The notes beneath the pieces are model-generated. The model made no database searches. It worked only from the letters and a program-made list of their open reading frames with translations, and was not told the origin of the DNA. Shown here in pieces: positions 12,397 to 22,682 of a stretch of 33,546 nucleotides of DNA; position 1 is the stretch's first letter, and every line of letters begins with the position of its first letter. Location of the stretch: positions 1 to 33,546 of the forward strand of contig NW_021832045.1 in NCBI RefSeq assembly GCF_006345805.1, read 5' to 3'. This DNA comes from Octopus sinensis (lineage: Eukaryota). Both the position numbers and the translations under genes were made by a program.

Positions 12397-12672
12397 GGCG
12401 CGTGGGGGTAGTAGCTAGGGTGTTGCAATCACGATCTTAAGACTGCTGTTTCGATTCTTGGACCGGGCGGTACGTTGTGTTTATGAACAAAAACACTTCA
12501 TTTCACATTGCTCCAGTCTACTCAGCTGTAAAATGATTTCCTTTACTAGCCTGGAAGTCAGCCTTGCGACAGACTAGCATCCTATCCAGGGAAAAAGGGT
12601 TGTAACCTCACTCACTTATATGCTATGGAAACCGAGTTAAGTTCGGCCTTATGAGTCCTTGGGCTTATGACA
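12397..12672 (+). mobile_element. Old tRNA-derived SINE with CORE-like and V-domain-like segments
   Basis: Head GGCGCGTGG..TAGTAGCTAGGG...GTTTCGATTC; then CACTTCATTTCACATTGCTCCAGTCTACTCAGCTGTAAAATGA; then CCTTGCGACAGACTAGCATCCTATCCAGGG...TGCTATGGAAACCG. Domain names are recalled, not aligned. Confidence 0.6.
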
Positions 12673-13063
12673 GACCTAAGTCCTAAGCCAACGACCCAAT
12701 TATTCACAGACTCTCACTGCCAATTTACTTCTAATTCTGAGGTGAATATACTCGGCTGGTGAGTCCTAAATAGATCGAAACATGTCTATCACCCTGATAT
12801 TTTTGAACATCAAGGACAACATTATCTAATTTATCCGTTCTCTTTTAAAAGCAAATCAAAATTTGAGACCGATTTCGGTTATAGTCTGGAGCATATTGGT
12901 GGACGACTAAGGGATACTCAGAGTGTTAAATATATGGTCCACGGCAATGTTTATTTCAGAACACGGGTATATTACAGACACACACACACACATGCATATA
13001 CATATATCCATATATCTATCTATATACACACACACATATATATACATATACATATATCTATAA

Positions 13064-13254
13064 CAGTGGTTTTCAACCAGGGTTCTTCGGAACCTTAGGG
13101 TTCCACCAGTACAGTCCAGGGGTTCCGCAAGAAGTTACAAAACTACGAAAATCGGCAGTAATTTTTAATTCTCCTGTGCAGATACGTGTGCATAAGACTA
13201 TTAGTGGAATGTTTCCTTGGGGTTCCGCTCCAGCAAAAAGTTTGAAAAGCACTG
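13064..13254. mobile_element. 191-bp non-autonomous hAT (Charlie-like) MITE
   Basis: TIRs CAGTGGTTTTCAACC / GTTTGAAAAGCACTG; 8-bp TSD ATCTATAA (13056-13063) / ATCTATAT (13255-13262); repeated subterminal GGGTTCC motifs. Confidence 0.88.
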
Positions 13255-13366
13255 ATCTATATATATATATATTTATACATGTGTGTGTGTGTGCTTACTT
13301 ATTACGTAGGTTTTTAAATGCGTATTGCTGTTGTCTTTATCCTCTTCTTCTGTTTCCTCTTTCTAG

Positions 13367-13483
13367 GAGCTGCAACCTTTGCCGGATTACGGAAATATGT
13401 GGCCGAACAACGAAACACACGTGTTTTAAGCTTCATCCATATTGCTGCACAGGGACTGGCTGCTTCCGGATGCGCGGCTGGCG
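13367..13483 (+). CDS. Internal exon of an amidohydrolase-superfamily metallohydrolase (Atu3266/EF_0837 deacetylase-like): (G)AATFAGLRKYVAEQRNTRVLSFIHIAAQGLAASGCAAG
   Basis: Acceptor ttcctctttctag, donor G|GTAAGT, 117 nt, phase 1-1. The peptide matches the family segment that follows DAGSAG (GAxxFxGFRRYVIExxxTRVxAFLNIxxxGL), recalled from bacterial members. Confidence 0.8.
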
Positions 13484-13812
13484 GTAAGTTTGGCAAGTGG
13501 TACAATCCTTTAGCTAAGCTGAATTGAGGCAGATTTGAAAGTTTGACATTTACATAAAAGAGTAAAGGTGTACAGAATATATAAAGTTCTTAACGTTTCT
13601 AGCCATCGGTGCCTTGATTAGCCTCATTTTATCCTTCTTTCGAATCATCAGCACGGCATAACTTGGTATAAATTAAACAAAATTAAATATTTTACGAAGT
13701 TAGACGTTTCTTATAGGGAAATTTTATTGGTATAACAATGAATTCCAGTTCTCGTCGTTTCCCTACGAGACCGAGCCATTAGGTCCTATCGTGGTAAATG
13801 ACTCTTGAAAGA

Positions 13813-13852
13813 TATCTGTCTGTCTGTCTGTCTGTCCGTCTGAGTGTCTGTC

Positions 13853-13917
<65 letters not shown>

Positions 13918-13924
13918 TTATCTA

Positions 13925-13995
<71 letters not shown>

Positions 13996-14104
13996 GTCTG
14001 TCTGTCTGTCTGTCTGTATGTCTGTCTATCTATCTATCTATCTATCTGTCTGTCTGTCTGTCTGTCTGTCTGTATGTCTATCTGTCTGTCTGTCTGGCTG
14101 TCTG

Positions 14105-14155
<51 letters not shown>

Positions 14156-14184
14156 GTCTGTCTGTTTGTCTACCTATCTATCTG
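13813..14184. repeat. (TATC/TGTC)n tetranucleotide microsatellite; continues at 15239-15280 beyond the LINE
   Basis: Directly visible. Confidence 0.97.
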
Positions 14185-15238
14185 TCACTCCTGGGTCGAC
14201 CTTAAGTGACTTCAACACAACCAAAGCATTCTATAGGGGTTTAGTGGAGGGGAGGTACGACGACGAGCTCGGGGCGAACCTGGACGTCGACGAGGAGTAC
14301 CTGACCCGCCTGTTCAGGACGACTTTCGGGCCAGGGCCCATGGACAACTTCCAGAGATCCCTGGCCTGGCAGTGCTACCGAGAAGCGCTACCCGTTCGGG
14401 ATAAGCTCTACAGACACGGCTCGAGAAACACGGGGCCGACCTGCCCGAGATGCGGTCAGAGCGACGAAACCGTTCTGCATGCACTCGTTCAGTGTCCAAC
14501 AATTTCCGACCTGTGGGCTTATGTCGAACAACTGCTGTCACGTGTGGGACGAGTCGGTTTATCAGCTGAGTCTATCGTCAATATTGTCACGCCTCCTTCC
14601 TTCAAACGGGAAGGAAGAGCTATTTTCATCATCCTTGTGGCTATGGCGAAAGAATGTATCTGGTGGACGCGTCTGAAAGGATTGGAGACAAACACTTTCC
14701 TCTCTGGTCAATCTCTCATCAACTTCTTCAAGTACCACTTGAAAAGGAAGTGAGAGTAGAGAGGCAAGTTTTGTCTAGCGAATGTTTTAAAAAAAGATGG
14801 GTGAATGTAGCAAGAATGGCACGTATGAATGACGAAGCCACCTTGAGCATAGTCCTATGAACCCAGAAATCGAAAACAGAGAGTTGCTTATTTGCAAAAA
14901 AAAAAAAAAAAAAAAAAAGAAATATAAAATGTGACTTCATTGACCGAGGTTACCGTGGTCTTTTCCGTAGGCTTTTCTTTCCACGGGTAAACCTCACCTG
15001 TCCTCCCCTTTACACTTCATATTGACATTTCTGTGATAACGATCCCTATTGATCAATTTTTTTTCCTCTCCCCCTTTTTTTTTAACCCCCCTTTTTTTTG
15101 TCCTCTTTCTCTCCTTTTACGATCCCTTTTGATCGAAACCCCCCTTCCTTTTTTTTTTTTTTTAAACCTTCAAAAGAAAAGCTCTACCTTGTAATTTGTT
15201 CTATCTGTGTGCAGCCCTGTGTGGCTAATAAAGAAACA
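14185..15238 (+). mobile_element. 5'-truncated non-LTR retrotransposon (L1/Tx1 clade): ORF2 C-terminus with CCHC zinc knuckle (zf-RVT-like) plus 3' UTR
   Basis: Peptide LAWQCYREALPVRDKLYRHG..CPRCGQSDETVLHALVQC..LW is typical of L1/Tx1 ORF2 ends. One frameshift near 14745 (continues as VRVERQVLS..KKRW..L*, stop 14858-14860). T/C-rich 3' UTR ends in AATAAAGAAACA. Flanked on both sides by (TATC/TGTC)n. Confidence 0.88.
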
Positions 15239-15271
<33 letters not shown>

Positions 15272-15375
15272 GTCTGTCTCTCTGTCTCTGTCTCTGTCTC
15301 TCTCTTTCTCTCTCTCTCTCTCTTTATTTATTTATTTATCTATCTATATACGCACGAGTTTTTTTTTATTTTTAG

Positions 15376-15526
15376 CAAAAGGCGGCGAATGTGACTCCCT
15401 GAATGTGGTCGACGTCGATGGATGCGTTTCGTGCATTCGGAAGAACCGTGACATGGCAGTCGGAGTTAAAGTCCGCCTGAGCTCCACAGTGGCCGACGAT
15501 GGACGGAACGAAGAAGAAATATATCG
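15376..15526 (+). CDS. Next exon of the same amidohydrolase: AKGGECDSLNVVDVDGCVSCIRKNRDMAVGVKVRLSSTVADDGRNEEEIYR
   Basis: Acceptor tttttttatttttag, donor CG|GTAAAG, 151 nt. Splices in frame to the 13367-13483 exon. Contains the GE...D...I.xNRDxxVGxKVRLS segment carrying the putative metal-bridging (carboxylated) Lys. Confidence 0.82.
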
Positions 15527-15736
15527 GTAAAGAGTCTTTGTCATTTTAATGTTTTACTGTTTAGTTTATTGTTTTTCTCTCTAGTTTCGGTTTTGTTTTC
15601 TGTAGTCTGAGCCCTTCCGAATGCATTATTTCTCACAAACAAAAAGGAAAAAAAAAAAAAAAAAAAAATTTGCTGGCGTTTCATATCATCACCACAGACA
15701 GAATTTCTGTTATACCTCCTTTGATATATACATATA

Positions 15737-15768
<32 letters not shown>

Positions 15769-15847
15769 CATCAGTGGCAGACGCCATTAGAAAAACTTAT
15801 ATATATTTGCAAAGGAACCTTCACTTTCATCGCTACCTGGTGGTTAC

Positions 15848-15890
15848 CGCCCGTTGACGAGGGACAACAATCCCGAAACTAGTTCGAGCG
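15848..15890 (+). ncRNA. Minimal type I hammerhead ribozyme relic (two core C>T changes)
   Basis: CGCCCG-TTGACGA-GGGA-CAACAA-TCCC-GAAA-CTAG-TT-CGAGCG: perfect stem II, palindromic stem III ACTAGT, stem I 5 of 6 paired. Confidence 0.62.
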
Positions 15891-16059
15891 TATCACTCAG
15901 GCTTGCGAGGAAGGGATGGCCTCCCTTTGCAAATACTCCAAGGACATAGATATTGTGTCTAAAGCCAGCTAGAGACGAAGATCTCTTGGGGCTATAAAGC
16001 TACAGTAACACCCCCTCCCCAATGTGGTTAGCCATGATAAGATGGCTTCTATACTTTAC

Positions 16060-16101
<42 letters not shown>

Positions 16102-16116
16102 ACACACACATACATA

Positions 16117-16270
16117 CATGACATGCTTCTTTTAGTTCTACTCGCAAAGCTTTGGTCATCCCGGGGTTATAGAGAAGACACTTGCCCAAGGTGCCACGCA
16201 GTGAAACTGAACCCCAGATGCATGTGGATGGGAAAGCAAGCCTCTCACTACACAGCCACGTCAGCGCCTA
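16117..16270 (-). mobile_element. SINE family A, 5' half
   Basis: AGAAGACACTTGCCCAAGGTGCCACGCAGTGAAACTGAACCC...CACAGCCACGTCAGCGCCTA. Confidence 0.85.
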
Positions 16271-16285
16271 AAAACGATTATTTTT

Positions 16286-16345
16286 TTCCCATGCGGGGAG
16301 TCGAACCCCGGCCGCTGCGATGAGAACGCAGAACCTTAACCACTA
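16286..16345 (-). pseudogene. 5'-truncated tRNA-Glu(CTC) copy
   Basis: Reverse strand reads TAGTGGTTAAGGTT-CTGCG-TTCTCAT-CGCAG-CGGC-CGGGG-TTCGACT-CCCCG-CATGGGA-A: perfect anticodon and T arms and 3' acceptor strand. The ~12-nt 5' acceptor strand is absent. Followed by an A run. Confidence 0.8.
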
Positions 16346-18427
16346 TTAACGTAAATAAATATTTATGTACACAGCTGCATGTATTAAAATCTAGCTCCCC
16401 TTTTTCTTTAAAACACTACCCACTCGGATTACAATGGAAGCAGAAGAGCGGAAAAATGAGAGGAATTTTGGATGCTTGGTGCCGTAGTAAGAAAGTTAAA
16501 GAGATTTATAGTGTAATAGGAGTAGTTGTAGTGACAGCGCGATATGATCCGGATTTATAGGAATCCACGAAAACTAGGCTAATGGAGGAAAAAGATAAAG
16601 ACAAGAAATAAAGGCATGATGAATAGACGAGGGAACAAATCCGTGGTGTTAGTGGTTTGGAGAATACGGAAATAGGGAAGGAAAAAGTAAAAGAATATAA
16701 AAGGAGGGGATGGAATGACAGAAGAAGAATGAAATAGTTGATGGAGACAGGAAAGGAAGGAAGAAATGTATAAATGTGGAGAAATAGGGTGTAAGTTTTA
16801 TTTAGCACTAACTGGAAAAGAAGGAAGCTATTTCGATGAAGTGAGATAAGCAGACACAATGAGATAATCTGGAGTAGGAGAAGGAAATATAAGAATAATA
16901 CTATTTAACAACGGTGGCTACTTTTTGACTGAAAACGTATATTTTCATACAAGATAATGGCGCGGGCAGATTGACTGGGCAGACGACAACAGACGGGAAA
17001 AGTAGCTTACTGAATTTCTTTTTTTTAAATATCATTTTTAATTTTTGAAAATCGTATATACCCCCTCCTGTTTTGTGATTGGCAAATGGTATGGCTCAGT
17101 GAATTGGATTCTTATCTTTCAGCAGTTTTATCCAAATAAATCTAGCTTAAAAAAAAAGAGAGAGAAAAAGATAGAAGCAAAGCTGTACAGATGTTTCATA
17201 TGCACCGAAACGAACATATATGTGAAGAAGAATTAATTTTGTTGTTTATTATTTGTATCTATTCAAACTGAGAAATTTTCATTTCATTTCGCAGCTTGAT
17301 GTCATGTTCGGTTGCCAATATGTGGAAAAACAACGTTTGTTATGGCAAAGCAAAACGTAAGGATGTGTGTAAATATGTTACGATGTGTGATATGAATGTG
17401 TCTAATGTAGATGCGTAAGGAATTGTATGTAGATGGAGTGTCTATGTGTGAGTGCGCGTGTGCAATGTCCGTTGTGTGTGTAATATGAGAGCATAGTTGT
17501 CATGTGTGTGTATACAATGTGTTTCTCGTAAGCTACACTCTCTATATAGTACACAAACATTTTACACGTATATCGTGGGTTTGTAAGTTCGTGTCTGTCA
17601 CCAGTCTTGTGCTGCGGTCAATAATTGAAACGGAAGGATCATACCAAACTAATGATGTTATGTGCGTTAGTAAACAGTAAAGATGTTCAGATTTTTACTA
17701 AATTATTTTACTGTGAAGAAAAGAATTCCCCTCTCCCTTCCTTCCTTCCTTCTTTTCCTCATTCCTTCCTCACTGCCCCCCTTCCTTACTGCCTGCCTAC
17801 ATTCTTGCCTGTCTGTCTTCCTTTATTCTTTCCAAAAACATTTACCAATCACAAAACAAGGGAGGGGGTATATATAATTTTAAGCGTTGTGGACATCAAC
17901 CACTGAGGAACCCATAGCAGGGTGAAATCACGTGACCTGGCAGTTCTGGCAGTCGAAGTAGACGGTTCTCGTCTATTAACGATATAATTTCGAGGGCTTT
18001 TATGCACCACAAGTCCTGATGAGAGATTCTCCACGTTAAGTTGGAGGTCAAGATTATCTTACGATGTGAAAAATTCGTCTTTTCTTTCCAACGAATCAGT
18101 TTACTTAGATAAACTTAGATATGTTTCGACCAAAGATTGGTCCAGGCCATGTCTAACTTAATAGCACCACCTGATGTTTATGTCCGAAACAACGTAAATT
18201 TCCTTTTCCTCACAGCAAAATAGTTTAATCCACCCGACATGTAAACTTAAATGTGACCACCACAGCGACACCTCCCTCCCACCCTCTCTCTCTCTCTCTC
18301 TCTTTCTCTCCCAATTGTCGTAGTGATATGGCTTGGCTGTAAATATGTATTGTGGGGTACAAACGACTCATTGTTCTAAATGGCTGCAGTAAGATTCCCA
18401 AATGTCAAAGGCGATGGTGCGTCGGAA

Positions 18428-19309
18428 TATAAATTAAGTTTTTGGTGGGAAGTTCTAATTTAGATCACTTTAATGCTTTTGTTTCTACATTTCTATGAAA
18501 TACATTGGCTTTGTTTCAATTTATTTTGAAAATAAGGTAGAATTTGATTTAAAAAACTGTCGATATTAAGATGATGTTTAGGATCCTGAATTAATATGAA
18601 ATTTTGATGAAAGGTTTTTAGGTCACTCTAAAACTTTTGCTACCATATTTCTTCTGCTGAAATACACTCTCTCTCTTTTACTCTTTTACTTGTTTCAGTC
18701 ATTTGACAGTGGCCATGCTGGAGCACCGCCTTTAATCGAGCAACTCGACCCCGGGACTTATTCTTTTGTAAGCCCAGTACTTATTCTATCGGTCCATTTT
18801 GCCGAACCGCTAAGTAACGGGGACATAAACACACCAGCATCGGTTGTCAAGCAATGCTAGGGGGACTAACACAGACACACAAAAACACACACGCATATAT
18901 ATATATATATACATATATACGACGGGCTTCTTTCAGTTTCCAACTACCAAATCCACTCACAAGGCGTTGGTCGGCCCGAGTCTATAGTAGAAGACACTTG
19001 CCCAAGGTGCCACGAAGTGGGACTGAACCCGGAACCATGTGGTTGGTAAACAAGCTACTTACCACACAGCCACTACTCCTGCCTATGTTTCAATTAAAAT
19101 GGAAAGTAATGAAGAAATTCGTAAAATATCATAAATTGACGTGAAATTTTGATGGAGGGTTTTAATTTGGAGCATTTTAAATCCTTTCATCATATTTCTA
19201 TTGAAATAGAGAGCTTTTGTTTCATTTTGATTTGAGACAACGAATTTAGTAAAATTACTTTGCTGTCATTAAGCTGGTGTTTTAAAACATAAATTAACAT
19301 AGAATTTTG
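18428..19309. repeat. Degenerate tandem array of an AT-rich ~150-180-bp unit, interrupted by the 18673-19085 SINE
   Basis: Recurrent AAATTTTGATG.A.GGTTTT, ATTTCTA.TGAAATA, TGTTTCAATT and ATTAAG.TG.TGTTT motifs at about 18440/18600/19145 and 18490/18655/19195. Confidence 0.65.
18673..19085 (-). mobile_element. SINE family A, full length (tRNA-like head, CORE-like GCACCTTGGGCAAGTG, internal microsatellite, TAAAAGAG tail)
   Basis: Collinear reverse complement of 27998-28418. Confidence 0.92.
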
Positions 19310-19596
19310 CTGCTCTCTCTTTACAATGTAAAGCGTGACTGGGGAAATAACACTACAAACCAACTAACCAACTAAATATCCAAGCGTATTTGCTTTTACT
19401 CCACGCGAGAGTTGTATATGTCCTACGAGTTTTGAAGTCGCCATGATGGTTCGGAATAAATAAATAAGGTTGAAATGTATAAATCCCCAGGGAGTAAGTA
19501 ATAGTATATAAATTTATTCGATATTTTTTTTTGTATCATGAATGTTTTTTCTACCGATTGGTGTTGGTGTTTGCATAGAAGTCGCCATCGTAAATG

Positions 19597-19654
19597 CCAA
19601 CACCACCACCACCATCTCTACTACTACTACTACTACTACTACTACTATACTACT

Positions 19655-19686
<32 letters not shown>

Positions 19687-19705
19687 ACTACTAACTACTA
19701 CTTAC

Positions 19706-19741
<36 letters not shown>

Positions 19742-19910
19742 CACCACCACCACCACCACCACCACAACTATCAAAATCATCGCCTCTATTATTACCATTG
19801 CTGTTACTACTACTACTACCACAACTATCATCACCACCATCACAACAACAACTACTACTACTAGTACTACTGCTGCCGCCGTGGCCGTCACCTCCACCAT
19901 TATCATCACC
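19597..19910. repeat. Compound (CTA/CCA/TCA)n microsatellite
   Basis: Directly visible. Confidence 0.95.
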
Positions 19911-20443
19911 TGACATTATTTACGAGGAGGGGGTCGAAAGTTTCCTGGTGTAGCAGGGCTTCTTCCAGAATGCTCGTTTCCCCACTGTTCCATCATCCTT
20001 ACCCACCAAGTAAACATGTTTTTTATCTCTCTCCACCTGACAAACAGACAGACTGCGCTGTCCCCACTGTCTCCGCCGCCGCCACCGCCACAAACTTCAA
20101 CCAATTCTCTATGCCAGCGCGAAACACGTCAATCACTTCCTCAATCAGTTGTCATGGCAACATATCCACTGAAAAACATCATTATTTGGTTCATTCTTGT
20201 ACTTTCCATAGCCTTTGTTTATATATACATACACACACACACACACATATATATATATACATATCTATATCTATTATGTATGCATACATATATATATGAG
20301 TGTATATATGTACATGTATGTCTATGAATATGTATATAGCTATATAGGTATACATACATATATGTATATATATACGTATGTTATGTATGCATAGATATAG
20401 GTATATATATATGTGTATGTGTGTGTGTAATGTATGTATATGA

Positions 20444-20494
<51 letters not shown>

Positions 20495-21133
20495 TAAGCA
20501 TAACTATACATATATGCATATATATATATATATATTTATTCATAATATAATAATACACACGCATATATATTGCACTTGTTGATTTTTAGTTATAGAAAAA
20601 AATATTTCCGCTAATTTCCTAGTATCTATCAATCAATCAATCTACCTATCTATCAATTTATCGATCGATCTACGATCGATTGATCGCCCTCTCTCCATCG
20701 TTCTTCCACGTTTCTTGTCCGTGCAGTCGCTCTCAATCAACCCCCATCTCTTCCACATTGCCTCTTACGTTTCTCCATTTCCTCCCCCCTACTTCTCTCT
20801 TACTCTCGCATTCTCTTGTCTAACTCTATGTATATCTCTCTTGGTTCACCTTTGTTGTCCTTTTGTTATTAAAATGAAATGCGTTTCTTTCAATTCGAAA
20901 CAAAAAAGTGCTCCCGAAATAGAGAAATGTTTGCTGAGTGGAAAGCGTTATTGTCTTTCTTCAATGCGTTGAATTCTTTCCTCCCTCCCTCGCTTTCCCC
21001 TCTCTCCCACTTCTCCTTCACTAATGGCCGCCCATCCACTTTAATCTTCTAAAATGTCCCACAATGCTTCGCGATGCAAAGCTGGCAACAATGGCCGACT
21101 GACAACCGATGCTTACTGTACAGACGCATACAC

Positions 21134-21420
21134 ACACACTGGTACTTATATACACACACATACTGGCACTTACACACACACACACACATACACTGGCACT
21201 TACACACACACACACACAGGCACTTACACACACACACACGCACACTGGCACTTATACACACACACACACACTGGCACTTACACAAACACACACACACTGG
21301 CACTTACACACACACACACACACACACTGGCACTTACACACACACACACAGGCACTTACACACACACACACACACTGGCACTACACACACACACACACAG
21401 GCACTTATACACACACACAC
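21134..21420. repeat. Compound minisatellite (CT/CA)GGCACTTA(CA)n, about 11 units
   Basis: Directly visible GGCACTTA anchor separated by (CA)n of variable length. Confidence 0.95.
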
Positions 21421-22525
21421 GTACACACACCCGTATTTATACACACAAACACACTGCAATTATATAGAGGCGCGCACGCACACACAAACACACACATACA
21501 CTCAACTCACTAGCAATTATACACGCACACACATACACATACACACACAAATACGGCTTCTTTGTTGTTAGAAGATGATTGGCTTAACATTACAATGGCG
21601 ACGGCGGCGGGAGCAACGCTGCCGTGTCAGCAGTGACGGCGACGATGAGGAAGCTAGTTCGTGGCACAGTAACGCTTGGTCGTCTTACGATGGTGCAGTG
21701 TTTGAACGTTACTTGCTGTGGCTGTCGATACTGACGGAGGAAAGGGAGGAGTAGCTTATCTATGCCACTGGTAGTTGCAGTAGTAGTGGTAGGTAAGCGA
21801 TGGCGGTGGTAGGAGTGGTGGAAATGAGAGAGTTCCATTTACGGCAAGAGACCCATTGATCCCGAGTCGGAAGAGAAACAATGGACGTTACTGTTGCGCC
21901 GTCGTTTCCTCCAACTACAACTCTTTCTTTCTTCGCAACTTCGTCCCCATCACCACCACCACCACCACCACCACCACCACCACCACCACCAGCATCATCA
22001 ACAACACGCTCTCTTCTCCTCTCCCCCTCTTACCTCTCCCGAGCATTTACTTCCGCTACCTACCTCCACCCACAATCTTTTCAGTCGCCATTGGAAAATA
22101 AATTGGTTCTCTGAAATCAGCGAACTACACATAACATACATACACATACACACGCACGCATAAACGCACATACACGCGCACATATACATGCACATTTACA
22201 CACACACATAGGCTTAAAACACACACACAAATGCACACATACATAGACAGACGCACGCACACACATACACACGATAACGCACATACATCGATCTGTTTGA
22301 AAAGCGTTTGGCGAACATCACTCTTAAATACGTATACGTAATTATTAAAACACGCACACACACTAACACAGATACACATTCACGTGTGTACTCTTGAATT
22401 TTTATAAACAATAGGTAAAAGCCTACTTTATACTGAGATACAGTGCAAATACTCGTTATAATGCTCAGATGAGTCTTTCTTGTCTCTTCTTCGAGTTGGC
22501 TGATCGTAAAGTCAGGTAAGAAACA

Positions 22526-22570
22526 ACTATGGACAAATGTTTCATTTGAACGTTACCTCGTCAGAATAGC
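22526..22570 (-). ncRNA. Candidate minimal type I hammerhead motif
   Basis: Reverse strand GCTATT-CTGACGA-GGTAACGTTCAAAT-GAAA-CATTTG-TC-CATAGT. Core intact, stem I GCTAT/ATAGT with a proximal mismatch, stem II weak. Confidence 0.4.
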
Positions 22571-22682
22571 ACAGCCAATCCACTAAATCTGCTGACTCGG
22601 TTAGACTGTACTATACTGACGAGATAAATATAAACCGAAACATACGTTCACAATCGTTCCTTGTCTGTGAACAAAGCCCTAT

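Noticed and set aside
13367-13483. Resemblance of the exon peptide to a HIG1 domain (GL.K...NT...IH..AAQG) or to threonine dehydratase
   Set aside because: The in-frame downstream exon (NRDxxVGxKVRLS) fits the amidohydrolase family much better.
13635-13657. Minus-strand CTGATGATTCGAAAG hammerhead-like core (similar weak hits at ~1250-1272, 18016 and 26954)
   Set aside because: Stems I-III or the NUH site are absent; compatible with chance.
15344-15544. Minus-strand 66-aa ORF MTKTLYRY...
   Set aside because: Antisense shadow of the + strand hydrolase exon.
11728-16990. GGGCAGACGACAACA shared by ~11727 and ~16977
   Set aside because: The match does not extend beyond about 15 nt.
19921-19950. 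TACGAGG...GAAAGTTTCCTGG resembling a mariner TIR
   Set aside because: No partner TIR or transposase remnant nearby.
21571-21792. GC-richer island with AG and GTAAGC splice-like signals
   Set aside because: The + frames I translated contain stops or give no recognisable peptide; could be UTR but unsupported.
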